From the NCBI GenBank assembly GCA_008632985.1, contig QPGO01000098.1, positions 235,958-299,957 on the forward strand: 64,000 nt of DNA, read 5' to 3'. A model generated the notes under the pieces. It made no database searches. It had not been told where the DNA came from and saw nothing but the letters and a program-made list of their open reading frames with translations. The stretch is from Psammoneis japonica (taxonomy: Eukaryota). The position numbers and the translations under genes are program-made. Each line of letters opens with the position of its first letter. Position 1 is the stretch's first letter. Positions 38,520 through 50,742 of this stretch are shown here, one piece after another.

Positions 38520-38925
38520 GATGCATTCCAGCCCCAGGTGGAACTCTGTGTGATGCCAGCCCACAGAGTTCTGTGTGTGGGAGCTCCACGCAGCTTGTGC
38601 TCAGGCTGGTTGACACATTTGTCTTTGACAATTAAAAAAAAAACAACCAGGCATGCAGCATGACATTGTTTGTGCCTCTTCACAGTCCAAGTTTTTGAAA
38701 GCACCTGCCCTTCCATGCCTTTTGCAGATGTTGAAGAATGATGCATTGTGCTGCAACAAAATGTCAGAAATTGTTGAACAGATCACCCAATGATTGCACT
38801 GCAAAACAATGCAAGATTCCACCAAAGTCATGCAGAAATGTGCATGTGTGACATGTGGCACACATGACAAAAAACATCAATGTCACAGCAGCAGTGCAAG
38901 GTCCCAGTTAGATCTGGAGCACATG
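38520..38925 (+). mobile_element. Decayed copy of the 8045-8365 MITE-like family
   Basis: Alignable end to end: agccccaggtggaactctgtgtga .. gacacatttgtctt .. tgcctctt .. gcacctgccc .. gcagtgcaaggtcccagttagatctggagcac. Confidence 0.8.
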
Positions 38926-41487
38926 AAGTGAAGATCAAGAAGACAAGCCCAATGATGGCAGCAATGCTTTTAAATTTTGTCTGTGTGCACTGTTGACAGC
39001 ACTGTTGAGACCAACACATTTCCTCTTTTGCTTGATGAGCCACAGCTGTTTCAGCGCCTTTTGAATTGTCCAAAATGTTGGAAGAGATGACCTGAGCCCA
39101 GCTGAAACACTGTGGCTGCAGCAGCTTCATGCACGTTCCCACCCCAGTGATTTTGGCCGCAAAACAAATGTGGTTCAACTCCACACAAAAATCCTGTGGA
39201 AACTCTCACACAAGAAAAATTGCACGTCTGTTTTCCACCCATCAATTTAGTGCAGCCACAATTGTCACAAATGTTGCAAATTCTCTCCTGCAAATGCAAT
39301 TTTCACAGCAAATTTGGCATTTTGGGAGCTCCGAACATGCCATGTCATGCACACTCTCCCATTTTTTGTTCTCAATTCTCACCTGCATTGAAAACAACAA
39401 CCATGATGGCTGCCACTGCAAACTGTCCCATTCACACACGAGTGACTGTCCTGTTTGCAAAAGTGTGAGTGCAGAGACAGATCAATGTGGGCGACCACTC
39501 AATTGCTGCATTGTTGTCATCAGCCATGCATTGTTCTGCTTTTGCCTTGGCCTTTGCTGTGTGCCTTGTGCCTTGCATTTGTGGCCTCATGACAAAAAAA
39601 CAGCTGCCAAAGATCAATGGGCTGGCGCGCACAATCTGTCATGCTTCTCTTTCATCTCATGCATTTTGCACCACAGACCCCATTCAATCAACATTGTTGA
39701 ATGCATTGAAGGGTGTCATGATTGATTGACAAAAGCTGTCACAAATGAGGTGCTGGCCCATGGTGTGGTGTTGCACACATTTTTTTGTTGCGGTGGGTTG
39801 GTTGTCCACATTTCCGCATCTGGCATCTGGCGCGTGGCTCTCCACTCCCAGCATGCAGAAGGCACAGAAATGCACAAGAGGGGAGCACAGGGACTGCAAA
39901 AAAGCATGGCAAAAGGTGGCAATCCTGGGGAATTTTGGGGGATCGCACATGGCAAAACCAAACCAAGCCTCTGTCAACATCAAAAATGAAGCTTGGGGTG
40001 TGTGCTGTGAAGCACAAGCTGCCTCTGAAAATGAGGCTCCATTGGATTTGATTGCTGCCATTGTTGGAGAACTGCAACTCAGAATCATGAGTGGAGTTGC
40101 ATGCATTCACAATCATTGATGGAGTTGCCAGCTTGATGGAGAGCTGGTGTGCATGGACAAGCATGTCTCAGTGCTCCTCCATCTGTGCTGTTCTTGCAGG
40201 ACAAACTTGCAATCTTTGGCTGTCTTCACTCCCCAAGAAACCCACTTGCTGCATTCTCCATGACAGCGACAGCAAGCTGGTTGTGGTTGGAAATTCTCAA
40301 ATGTTGCTGAGTCAAGCAGACATGTTGGTGCAGCTGACATGTTGCCAAATCTCAAGAAAGTGCTGCTTGCAAAGGCGGTGTTGCACCAAAACAAAACAGC
40401 CAGCACTTGTTTTGACAAGAACACCTTCTTGTTCATGGCTTTCTGTGCTCTCTGTTCCTTTTTTCAAGATCTGTTAGAGTTGCTTCACATGCTCAAGTGC
40501 TCTTGAATGGCACATTTTTGTCAACCTTCCTGTGTGACGGCAGATGCACAGGGTCTGCAGCTCAAATCACTGTGCCAAATGTTGGCTGCTGACCAGAGGA
40601 CCTGTGACAACAAAGGGTTAAAAATCAGTGGCACAAGCACTTGCATTTTTTTCATTGTCAAGCTGGGCATGATGTGCTGATTGAGTCAGCTGACCTCACC
40701 AAGTTGGAAGTTTCAGCGGTGGACACATGTGGCTGAGAGGGCTGGCACTTGTTGTCAAACAGCAGCACGCTGCACACACCAGAGCCAAAGGCTTTGTTGC
40801 TCCCAGCACTTTTTTGTTTCCAATGCCTGGGTTTCCTTTTTTGTCCCTTGTTTGCTTGATTTGAACTCGGTCCGTCGACACCACATGTGCGCCTTCTTGC
40901 ACGCAGGAGGGAAAGGGCAAAAGGGGTGGCTGGTTTTGCATCGTGTCGGCAGCTCTTCCCGGCACACCACACACATGGTGCTGGCTGTCACATCAGATGT
41001 TGTGAGAGCTGCCGAGGAAGGGTTGTTCCTCAACACCACAGGGATCTCTTCTCAGCTCTCTTCACAATTGTCAAGAACACAAATCATCTCACACCACATG
41101 CATTGCGCGACAGAGTCGTTTCCCAACCACCCTTGGCCACAGGGCCGAGAGATGGCCGGGCGTTCGGAACGTAAGGCCATACAGTATAGAATGACTTAAG
41201 TAAAAAGACGACTAATTGTAGAAATGTCAATCATGTCCTCCTCGAAATCTTTTATCCATTTGACCTATTGACAGAAGGTCCGATGCTAAATGATATTTAG
41301 TCTCAGCAATCAAACACAATAAATGTTGTACTTTCTATGACTCAGAAAGGCATTCTGTCATGCCATCCGTTGATATGTCTGGCACACGAAAGAGAATCGA
41401 AAAAAAAATCCCGCCCTCACCTTTTGTGGGAACGCAGTAACAGTTTACAGTTTGCATTTCTTGTCGCATTGAACAGTTTGTTGGAGT

Positions 41488-43652
41488 GTGGAAGCCGACT
41501 GCTTTCCTGTATTCATCACTCTCTTCAGGATGTTCGAGGTTTTTCCGGGATACAATGCGACGCCAATGATGGATTTAGCAATGCAGTCGCCGATGTTTGG
41601 CTACGCAACTGCCTATGCACCCGATTGGAATGGGGACGGTTTCCCTGATCTATGGCATCATAATCACTACGAGTTCTCCGGTGCTCCATTCCGATGGTCG
41701 GATCCAACTATGGGTAAGTACGGTCCATCAAAGAAAGGGTCAGGAGGCTGCTTTGTCGACTGGGATGCACCGTTGAGGGACGGAGAAACAGGAGCTTGGT
41801 ACCCAGCAAACGAGGGAAATGGCTTCATTGAATACCAAGGCGGAATCAAAAAATGCTTTGATGTTCACTCAACCACCTTTCTCGATATTGATGGTGATGG
41901 GGTCAAGGATCTCTATCTCACCACAGGTGGTGGTCGAGGTCGAGGAAAATCGGCGGAGTTTGACAATTTGGTGTTTTGGGGCGAGAAAACCAACTCAAGT
42001 CTTGGATACAAGCTTGTGGGAGGCAGCGACGCAGCTAAATCATCAGTTTTGCATGGCCGTAACAATGATGGGCTCAACGAGCGCGGTCGGCATCAATACT
42101 GGCTAGACGCTAATGGTGATGGTTTACTGGATGTCGTCACACTGAATCAAGAACGAGCGGATGGAATAGCACTCCCTGGCAAGGTTAACCAGAATCTTGG
42201 AGGACGAAAATTCCAAAAGGCTGCTAGCGACTTTAAAGAATTTTCTGGTGTGGCGCTTCTCACCGACGTCGATGGCGACGGCTTGGCTCGGGAGCTAGTC
42301 GTCATGTCGGAATGCGACGGCAAGAGTCAAAATACCGTTGCAAGCGATCCCCGTCAGGATCTGCTGTTGTTTACAGTCTCGACCAAAAAAAGTTTCTTAG
42401 GCGTGAAAGCGTGTCCACAAGGATTAGAGATCGCGCAAGAACCGTGGTATCGGCAGACTTTGATGGCGATGGCGTGTTAGACACGGTATGCTACATTGGA
42501 TTCCTTGTGACAAGGACTAACCCACCAATTTCGTTGGATTTGCTCACATTTCAATTTCTTTTGAATTACATTCAGGCGATTCTTTATCTGAAAGGAATTA
42601 ATTTCTATCTTTCTTCGAAACGTAAAGAACGTTGCAACAAAGTGCGAAAAGCGGGAAGAAGAAAATGTATGTTAACCTTGGGAGACAAGGATGATAGGTT
42701 GGATCTGAAACCAATTTGTGGTCCTTTGAACACCGCGGGCATGCGCCTGGCTGACTTCAACCTTGATGGGCGGCTAGATTTGCTTGTGTAAGTTGCTCGA
42801 TTGCAGACAATGTCTTCGACTTCTCTTCGTATCCACCGTTCCTTAAAGCGCTTCCTGTCTCCATTTCACAATCTCTTTTCTAGAATCTGCAAGGCCCCTG
42901 GTCGACATGCTCTCTTTGAGCAATCGCCAGGTGGACAGTGGGTCCCACTAAAGGCCAAAAATGGAGAGGTCTTAAACCTTGGGTCTATTAATTCTCGAGT
43001 GTTGCCCGAGGGTGGAGAGAACTTTTGCGAAAACGTTCCGATTTTCTCAGGACAGGTGAAGCAATCTCATGTGTGCGAAGATAAATTCAAGAAGGATAAA
43101 GAAATGTGCAAGGATGTACGGTACAACAGCCAATTTTACATGTGCAATAGATACGCTAAGAATCTCACAGCATCGGCTTTGGGAGCAACAGTGGCAGATC
43201 TCGATAATGACGGTTACGTCGACGTAATTCTGGGGCACAAATACGGGTCAATGATGATGCTTCGTAACACACTGGGAGACGGCGAAGCGAAAAACAAGTT
43301 CCTCGCCGTGAGGGTTGACACCAAAGCTAAACCCACTGATGCGATTGGGGCAGTTGTGAAACTCACCTATTATACTCGAGTGAAGGGAAATAATCAAAGG
43401 CTCGAACAGATCAGAGTTGTCTCATCCTTGAGCCATGTTGCTGATGCTGAGGGTGGTAGCGAAGACAGGCTCATCTTTGGCCTTGGACCAAGTGGGACCC
43501 CCGCAAAGCTCGAAGTGCAATGGCCTCATTGCTGCGCACCATTCGTTTACAGCGGATCAAAGTTGATGCCGTTTTTGAACTCTATGAAAACTCCTTTTGA
43601 GGTGCCTGCGCCTGCAAGAAAATTATGTAGTAAGGAGTGCTTCTCACAATGA
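41488..43652 (+). CDS. FG-GAP repeat / ASPIC-UnbV (CRTAC1-like) protein, multi-exon
   Basis: Repeated DWNGDGFPDL, DIDGDGVKDL, DANGDGLLDV, DFDGDGVLD, DFNLDGRLDL, DLDNDGYVDV; C-terminal AIGAVV..RLIFGLG..LEVQWP; 5' end uncertain; frameshift near 42320. Confidence 0.88.
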
Positions 43653-43749
43653 GCTGCAAACACGAATAATAGGGAAGAATGATTTTGATCATTGTAAGAT
43701 TTTGTTGCCTCTTATTACTATCGCTTAGACTTGGCGCTGACTAGCATTG

Positions 43750-44721
43750 CTACTGCGGTCGAAAGTGTGATTGAGTCTGCTTGTACTTGTTGACCAAATG
43801 ATGCCCGGAGGTAGACGGAGGATACTGCGCTGGGTTGTCTTCGGAACAGCAACAATCCAAGCACTCGATCTTTGTATCAAAGTTTGGATGGAAGAAGAAT
43901 GGAATGGAGTAACGCTCGGTTTCACCAGTGGTGAGAACACGATGGACTGTGCTTTGAAAGACGTTGTTTGTCAATCTCTGCATCATATCTCCAATATTGA
44001 CGATGAAGGCGTCTTTTCTCGGCGGAACGTCCATCCATACATTGTCTTTTGTCAAGACTTGCAAACCGGGGTTCTCATCTGTAAGGAGGAGCGTAAGCAT
44101 GCCATAGTCGGAATGAGCGCCACAGGCAAAGATGCCGTTCTCTGGGTCGCTCTTCTCTTTGCTGTAATGCAACATTCGCATCAATGCGATCGGTTCCGTT
44201 AGATTTTCGTCAAAGTAGTTTTCATTTCCCAATCCAATTGCCAACGCCAACAACTGTGTCAGTCTGAATCCAACTTGACTAGCCTTTTCGTGGTATTTTG
44301 TCATAGTGGATTTCCATCTTTCGCAATCAAAGTCGGGACAGATTTCCGGCGTTGGCCATAAATTGGGAACAGATAGTTTGAATGGATCATACTTGGGACT
44401 CTTTTTGGGAACGTCTCGTCCAATGTAGAATCCTTCCTTTGTGCCTCCCTTTGTTTGGTTTTTGGGGTCGATTGTTTCTACTCCAAATGGTAGGTATCCA
44501 CGAGATGTCATGGGGTCCTTCAGGTCCTCTTTTTGTTCTAGTGGTAACGAAAAGAATTCTTTGGATAATTGCATGACTTCATTGAGTTCTTCGGAAGGAA
44601 TACCATGTCCTTCCAAATAAAAGAACCCGGTTTCAGTGCAAGCCGCTCGAAGAGTTTCTACCATCCGATCCAGGTCGGGATCGTCCATTCGAACAAGGGG
44701 AATAGCCGTCGTAGTGTTCAT
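43750..44721 (-). CDS. 2-oxoglutarate/Fe(II) dioxygenase, IPNS/DIOX family
   Basis: ACTETGFFYLEGHGI, HSDYG (HxD), STVHRV, RYSIPFF. Confidence 0.93.
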   Translation of the reverse strand: MNTTTAIPLVRMDDPDLDRMVETLRAACTETGFFYLEGHGIPSEELNEVMQLSKEFFSLPLEQKEDLKDPMTSRGYLPFGVETIDPKNQTKGGTKEGFYIGRDVPKKSPKYDPFKLSVPNLWPTPEICPDFDCERWKSTMTKYHEKASQVGFRLTQLLALAIGLGNENYFDENLTEPIALMRMLHYSKEKSDPENGIFACGAHSDYGMLTLLLTDENPGLQVLTKDNVWMDVPPRKDAFIVNIGDMMQRLTNNVFQSTVHRVLTTGETERYSIPFFFHPNFDTKIECLDCCCSEDNPAQYPPSTSGHHLVNKYKQTQSHFRPQ

Positions 44722-45352
44722 GGTTGTGTTTGTTTTGATCTTTGAATTATGGGATCCATTGGATGGTTTTGCGAAGTGCGCTTTTCTTTTTCGCACGATT
44801 GAAAGAGGTGACTTTTGTTCTGAACTCAAACATACTAAAAGCAGTTTGACGCTTCACTCGTTATCGTGCAACATTATTTGTGTGCAGTCCGCTTCGTTTG
44901 TGAGCTTCACGCGAAACGTGAAGCAGGATTTCAAAATTCAATTTCAAGCCCGCTGGACACGACACCCCCAAATAGTAAGCGCGCGCGCCAATAATTTGGA
45001 AATTGGCGCCTAAATGGTCAGTTCGAATAATGCAATTGCAGTACGGTAAGCCTGAAGGTAACGATGATGAACTGAAGAAGTGTGGTGTATGCTAAGTTTA
45101 CTTGCAATGCACCACGAGACCACAGGACTCGGGGAAGGAAATGACCCATTCGATTCGAATTGTACAACCAAAGAAATGACACCAGTTGTTGCCAGTTGTT
45201 AGACTTTCTCCCACTCTGGCAGAGCCGGAAACAGTATACCCCTGTTACGACAAGCAACTGTTATGTCTCGTTGATATGTCTTATAATAAAAGAATTGCTC
45301 TTGACACATACTTGTCAACAAAACTGTTAGAGATTGGACCTGGTGCCTTTCT

Positions 45353-46220
45353 TTACGGCAGCCGAGTTGCCATTACAAACGTAGTAACTTTTGGTCTCTT
45401 GGCATTCGAGTAAGCTTTGGCTTCTTCCCAACTGAAATGATGCCCGCAAGGACACATCATATGATCGCACCCATCTCCCTTGCTAATAATCATCCTACAT
45501 TTGGGGCACTTGGCCCAACCATCGTTTCGTCCAATGGAATCATGCTTGAAGTTATCCACAGCCGTCATGGTCGAAAATTCGTTGGTCTCATTGCTCGCCA
45601 CTATGTACGTTCCTTGCAATTTTTGCACCGCACAAGATGATGGCTCTTGGAGGAGATGAAGCTAGTTTTTGGATGGTCACAAAATGGACAATGAATCACA
45701 CTTTGTGATTCTTGCTTGTAGGCTTTTGCCAGAGTCGTCAATCGATAATGTCTCGTCAATTCGGCTTCGGACTGAATCAATCCTTGCACCTGAGTGTCTC
45801 GAACCGGTCGACCACAATCGGGATAAAAGCATTTTAGAGGATAGTTGGACACGCTTTTCTGAGCTTGAACAATGTACACTTGGCGTAGACAAGTATTGCA
45901 GGCATGTGGGTGGTTGCATTTCTTCAAGAGTTTCGTGAGTGAACAGCTTTCGAGACAAATGGAGCAAGTGCCAACAATAGTTGTTGGTTGCTTGTCACTC
46001 TGGTCCGGTGGACTAGACTCATCGAACGTGTTTTCATTGTCATAGTCGTCTTCCGTATAAACTCGTTCAATCCCGCATCGACTCGACTCGCAAGTCGATC
46101 CCTCCAGTCATCGAGTTTGGGTTCGTACTCTTTCGCGTAATTGTAGCCTTTGCCAGAAGCTCCACCTCGACGAACCTTGTAGCTTACGTCCTTGTTGTGT
46201 TTGAGGTATCCACGAGGCAT
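45353..46220 (-). CDS. RBR (RING-IBR-RING) E3 ubiquitin ligase-like protein, apparent frameshifts
   Basis: CNHPHACNTCL..LKCFYPDC, IHCPFCDH..CKNCK and KCPKCRMIISKGDGCDHMMCPCGHHFSW in consecutive frames. Confidence 0.78.
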
Positions 46221-46884
46221 GCTTTGCGAGGCGAGCTTGAACTTATGAGGTTGGCATTCAGAAAGCAATCTTCAAACGGGCACAGCTCATCAAATTTGCG
46301 ACCCTCATTCATGAGGTTCGATGGCGTTCGAAGCTACGCAAGACTGAACCCACGACTCAGACGGAGCTCGCAAGCAAAGAGAAAGCTCGTGATTTTCTTC
46401 GAGAGGTGCCGTTGTCTGTTGTCTCTTGCGTCTTGCGCCCAGCCCATGGCAACGATTTGCTCGGCAACAAGATGACGACGGTGGTGATAAGAGCTGAATA
46501 CACTTTCCATTTTAGTGCAATGACAGTGTCTTGGACCTTGTGTGCAGTATTGCAAGGAAGCAGTTCCATAAGTTTCGCGCATCGTTCTGGCGGAACGAAG
46601 AAAAAAGAAAATAAACCACTCGGTTGCGCACGCAGAACATGATTGCTATCCGCTGTAGCTCACTGAAATGAATTACATGATGGAAAGAAAGACTTGGAAG
46701 TGGGTCGCTTTTCGAAATATGAAAAGAAACACGAAAGATGGAGCAGAATGAATTCTGACGAAGCCTTGTATTTGCATTCGAGGGAACCCGGTTTTCCGAT
46801 GCGAACCCCAACAAGCTATGAGAACCCGATCTTTTTCTTGGATTATTTCTCGGCCCACAAAATTCTAAAAACCGAACGCTCAGC

Positions 46885-47850
46885 ATGAGGAATCTCCTTC
46901 TTCTTTCTTGCTTGGCCACACCGTCCATGGCCATGATGCGCCCTCTGGCCTTTGTGGCCACAAGTCCTGTCAGGGAAACTACTGTGAGTTCGCAAACCGA
47001 CACGGCCAAGGTAGTTCTCATTACAGGAGCGTCACAAGGACTCGGTCAAGCCATGGCGTACGAACTAGCCAAGAACGGACAAAAAGTCGTTGTCAATTAC
47101 TACCCTGGCCTCGAGGAAGACGCTCAAGCTACGGTACGTGAAGTGGAAGCTCTGGGTGGCGAGGGACTAGCTCTACCCGCCGACTGTACCAAGGAAGATC
47201 AAGTGAATCAAATGTTTGATGACGCCGTGGCTCACTTTGGTAGAGTGGATGTGTTGGTAAACAACGCTGGTATTACCAAGGACAATCTCGTGTTACGCAT
47301 GAAGCCAAAGGAATTCGCTGATGTGATTAATGTTAACTTGTCGGGAGACTTTGTCACCTGCAAGGCTTATATCAATCACGTTACTGACAATCAAGAGTCG
47401 GGACGCATCATCAACATTGCCAGTGTTGTTGGTCAAATTGGTAACAAGGGGCAAGCTAACTACAGTGCATCAAAAGGAGGTGTGATTGGATTCACCAAGT
47501 CTCTTGCCAAGAGCTTGCTCCCGATAACATCAAGGTCAATGCCGTTTGTCCGGGTTTCATTGAAACACCCATGACGGCCAAACTCACCGAGGAACAGCTC
47601 CAGAAGTCCAAAGAGTCAATCCCTCTGGGTCGTTTGGGGAAGCCGTCCGAAGTGGCAGCCATGGTTCGCTTTCTCGCCATCGATGAGGGCGCAGGGTACA
47701 TAACAGGGCATTGTTTCGATGTTGGTCCGTTATCAATTATACTGAATTGCTTTTTTGTATTGCATGACGCATTATTTTGTATTCTAACTTCATGCCTGCT
47801 TTATGTGCAGACGGCGGAGTCGGTATTGCTGCCGCTTAGGACGGCTTAAA
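46885..47850 (+). CDS. fabG: 3-oxoacyl-ACP reductase (SDR), probably plastid-targeted
   Basis: ITGASQGLG, LVNNAGIT, NIASVVG, NYSASKGG, IPLGRLGKPSEVA; signal peptide followed by LAFV; frameshift near 47512; probable intron ~47724-47810. Confidence 0.9.
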
Positions 47851-48212
47851 GTTCATGCAGAGCATCGATAGTTGTTACTGGTGCTTCTTTTCCGATAGAT
47901 GGTGCGTGTTTTTCACGAATCGACACGAGGAACAAACTACAGGAAAGCAAACCTCTGTGTGTTGCTTCTTTTTATTCAGCTTAGTACATTATAACTCCTT
48001 AGATCTTAGTTTATTGCGTTAGCGTCCATAAGGTATACCGTCTTCTGTCAAACCAGATTCTGGTTTCTTTACTCGTTGTCCCTTGCAGTTCTTTGCTACA
48101 AAACTAAAAGTTTGTCCGGGCTACATCAGTATGAAACATGCAAAGTGAGGGGCGAACATAGAGAGCAACAATGATCACCTTGTTTTACAGACTACATACC
48201 TTCCAACCAGCA

Positions 48213-48909
48213 CTTATTGCTTCCTTCATTGTTTCAAAAGACAACCACTGCGGCTCCTCTGGTTTCGCTTCTTCTTCTTCTTCGTCTGCTACGACCTCTG
48301 CATCGTTTGCCTTTTTCTTGTTTTTGCTCTTCTTCTTTTTCTTCTTTCCTTTTTCACAGGTGGCGGAATAGAAATATCCACTATATCAAAGCCACTTCTT
48401 GCATCAGTAAAGGGTCGAATGTAATTCTGCTCCATGGCTTCCAATGTGCCTCTCGTGCGCATTCACTGACGAAGGATTTAAGAGTTTTGAGAACAAACAT
48501 GCACAATTACACGCAAAATAGAATTCCACTCCACTCACTCCATACACATGGCTCGATACGTGGGTTCGACATGAGGCGGAATCGTTCCGGGCCGAAACCC
48601 TTGAAGCGTTGTTGTCTGGCATCCTGCATAAATTTACGATAGATTGCCTCGCTAAAGGGTCCCAAGTCTGCTTCGATCCCATCAATTTGGATTATAAAAT
48701 CGGTTTCCGTCTCTCCGTTTTGAATGGTACATCCACGGATTTTCCCTCCCGCGTTCGATACAACCTCACCGGTCCATTCTTGTTGTGAAAACAGTCGTGT
48801 GGACGAATGCGCTGCTTTTGGTGGTGAAAACGCAGACACACTCAGAGCGAATGCCAAATTGGAATGACAAACCGTAATGCCATGGTTGTTCGAGAAGTGA
48901 TACAGCATG
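48213..48909 (-). CDS. Plastid-targeted protein with trigger-factor N-terminal (ribosome-binding)-like domain
   Basis: SVSAFSPP presequence motif; adding one T to a T-run near 48595 gives FKGFRPGTIPP (GFRxGxxP signature); Lys-rich tail. Confidence 0.6.
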
Positions 48910-49184
48910 AGTTTGTTGTGTGAAGAAGGTGGGTTTGAATCATCATCATCACTCATCACAAAATTCGTGATTTTGTGAGGTGTGTCTGACCGGCGACCAA
49001 TACAAAACTTCCTTCCAAAAATGACGTCACGCACCATAACGGCAGTCGGCCAACGGACAGACATCAGAAAGGGTCTGATTTATTTGATTACACGATCTTA
49101 ATTCACGAATATACTCATTCCCACTCGCATTGCGCTTCATGACCCCCGCCCCTCACCGCAAACAAATCGGATCGGCCCACCACC

Positions 49185-50742
49185 ATGATATCCAACTTTT
49201 TCGTCCTCTCCCCTCGTGGAGATACAATCATTGCCAAACAATATCGGAATGAACGCGAAGATGTCGGTGCTCACGAGCGGAGTCACACGGAAGCCTTTTT
49301 TCGAAAGGTAAAATTCTGGAACGACATGGCCGTGACGGCGGAGGACGACAATGACGCTGCGACCGCCAAGGCTGACGCTCCACCCGTCTTTATCATGCCC
49401 GATGGACTTAGCTACCTACATGTAAAGAGGAATGGTCTTATTTTTGGGTGTTCGACGGCCAACAACGTGAGCCCGAGCACCGTAATTGAGGTGAGTGTTT
49501 TTGAGTCGCTTATGCTTATTCGAGGTTCCCTATTTCATATTCGATTGTTGAAATTTATATTCAATGAGTTTTCATATCCATATTCGAAATTTCGTATTCA
49601 AACTCAACTTGACCTCCCTTTTTCATCCCTTCGGATCTTGTTGTCTGTAGCTCCTCTCAACGATTGCAAAGGTGTTTAAAGATTACTGTGGAACTCTTTC
49701 AGAAGAAGCCATTAGAAAGAACTTTATATTGCTGTACGAACTTTTGGACGAGATGTTGGATTATGGCTACCCTCAGGTGACTCAGACAGAAAAGCTCAAA
49801 GCCTTTGTGTACAATGAGCCAATTGTTGTGGAGCACGTTCCCAACACGGGCAACATGGTAAATCCAAAGACGGCGTCCGCCACAGCGGTACACAAACCCG
49901 TCATTTCGTCCGTGTCTGAAAATGGCCGCAAATCGGGTCTCAACAACAACCAAAAGAACGAAATCTTTGTCGATATCTTGGAGAGACTCAATGTGCTCTT
50001 TTCCAACAATGGCTATGTCCTCAACAGCACAATTGATGGATGCATCCAGATGAAAAGTTATCTTGCCGGGAATCCTGCTTTACGACTTGCTCTCAATGAA
50101 GATTTAGTCATTGGAAAGAACTCGGGTCAGTACGGCTCTGTCGTGGTGGACGACATTAACTTTCACGATTGCGTCAATCTCACGGAATTCGAGTCGGCCC
50201 GGACTCTCTCCTTTGTCCCACCCGACGGTGAGTTTGTCGTTCTCAACTACCGCATGACGGGAGAATTCAGGACTCCCTTTCGAATCTTTCCATCGATTGA
50301 AGAAGTCGAACCCAAAAAGATTGAAATTTCCATTTTGATTCGTGCCGAAATCCCCAACAACCACTTTGGTGCCAATGTGTCGATTGAAGTGCCTCTGCCC
50401 AAATGCACCGCCGCCGCCACGTGCCATGTCGTCAAGAGTCCCGGTGTCAACCATTCCTCGGCCGAATTTGTTCCTCACGACGGCAAGATTTTGTGGAATC
50501 TGAAAAAGTTCCCCGGCGCGTCCGAGCAGACCTTGCGAGCAAAGGTGACGCTGACGCAACCATGCACCACGCAGATACGAAGGGAGATTGGACCCATCAA
50601 TATGAACTTTGAAATCCCAATGTACAACGTTTCGAGTTTGCAAGTGCGGTACTTGAGGATTGCCGAGGCCATGCCGGGATACACTCCCTACCGCTGGGTC
50701 CGATATGTGACGCAGAGCAATTCCTATGTGTGCCGGTTGTAA
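49185..50742 (+). CDS. AP4M1: AP-4 complex subunit mu, 2 exons
   Basis: MISNFFVLSPRGD, FKDYCG..IRKNFILLYELLDEMLDYGYPQ, NEIFVD, PPDGEF, PYRWVRYVTQSNSYVCRL; intron 49491-49650. Confidence 0.93.

Larger units (their letters stand above)
26690..41160. other. 14.5-kb decayed repeat domain with near-total loss of TpA and strong loss of CpG
   Basis: Roughly 30-40 TA counted by eye in ~14.5 kb; ORFs in all frames are almost Tyr-free and Cys/His-rich; contains MITE and copia remnants. Confidence 0.92.

Noticed and set aside
26690..41160. Dozens of overlapping 60-200 aa Cys/His-rich ORFs on both strands
   Set aside because: Expected by-product of losing TAA/TAG stops and Tyr codons; no coherent domains apart from the gag remnant; not evidence for metal-binding peptides or an alternative genetic code (neighbouring real genes use TAA/TAG and Tyr normally).
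41130..41185. Possible transposon terminus (…cgtaaggcc|at) at the right edge of the large repeat domain
   Set aside because: No convincing matching inverted repeat found at the left edge; only weak similarity near 26595.
46885..47850. Bacterial contamination or recent HGT suggested by fabG, minE and FG-GAP genes
   Set aside because: They carry spliceosomal introns and/or eukaryotic targeting peptides and sit among clearly eukaryotic genes.
14860..48600. Frameshifts in otherwise intact genes (chitobiase, spherulin-4, minE, FG-GAP, RBR ligase, fabG, trigger-factor-like) as programmed frameshifting or mass pseudogenisation
   Set aside because: Mostly single-base losses, some in homopolymers (e.g. 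GGT TT[T] CGG near 48595), typical of unpolished long-read assembly; read mapping is needed to confirm.
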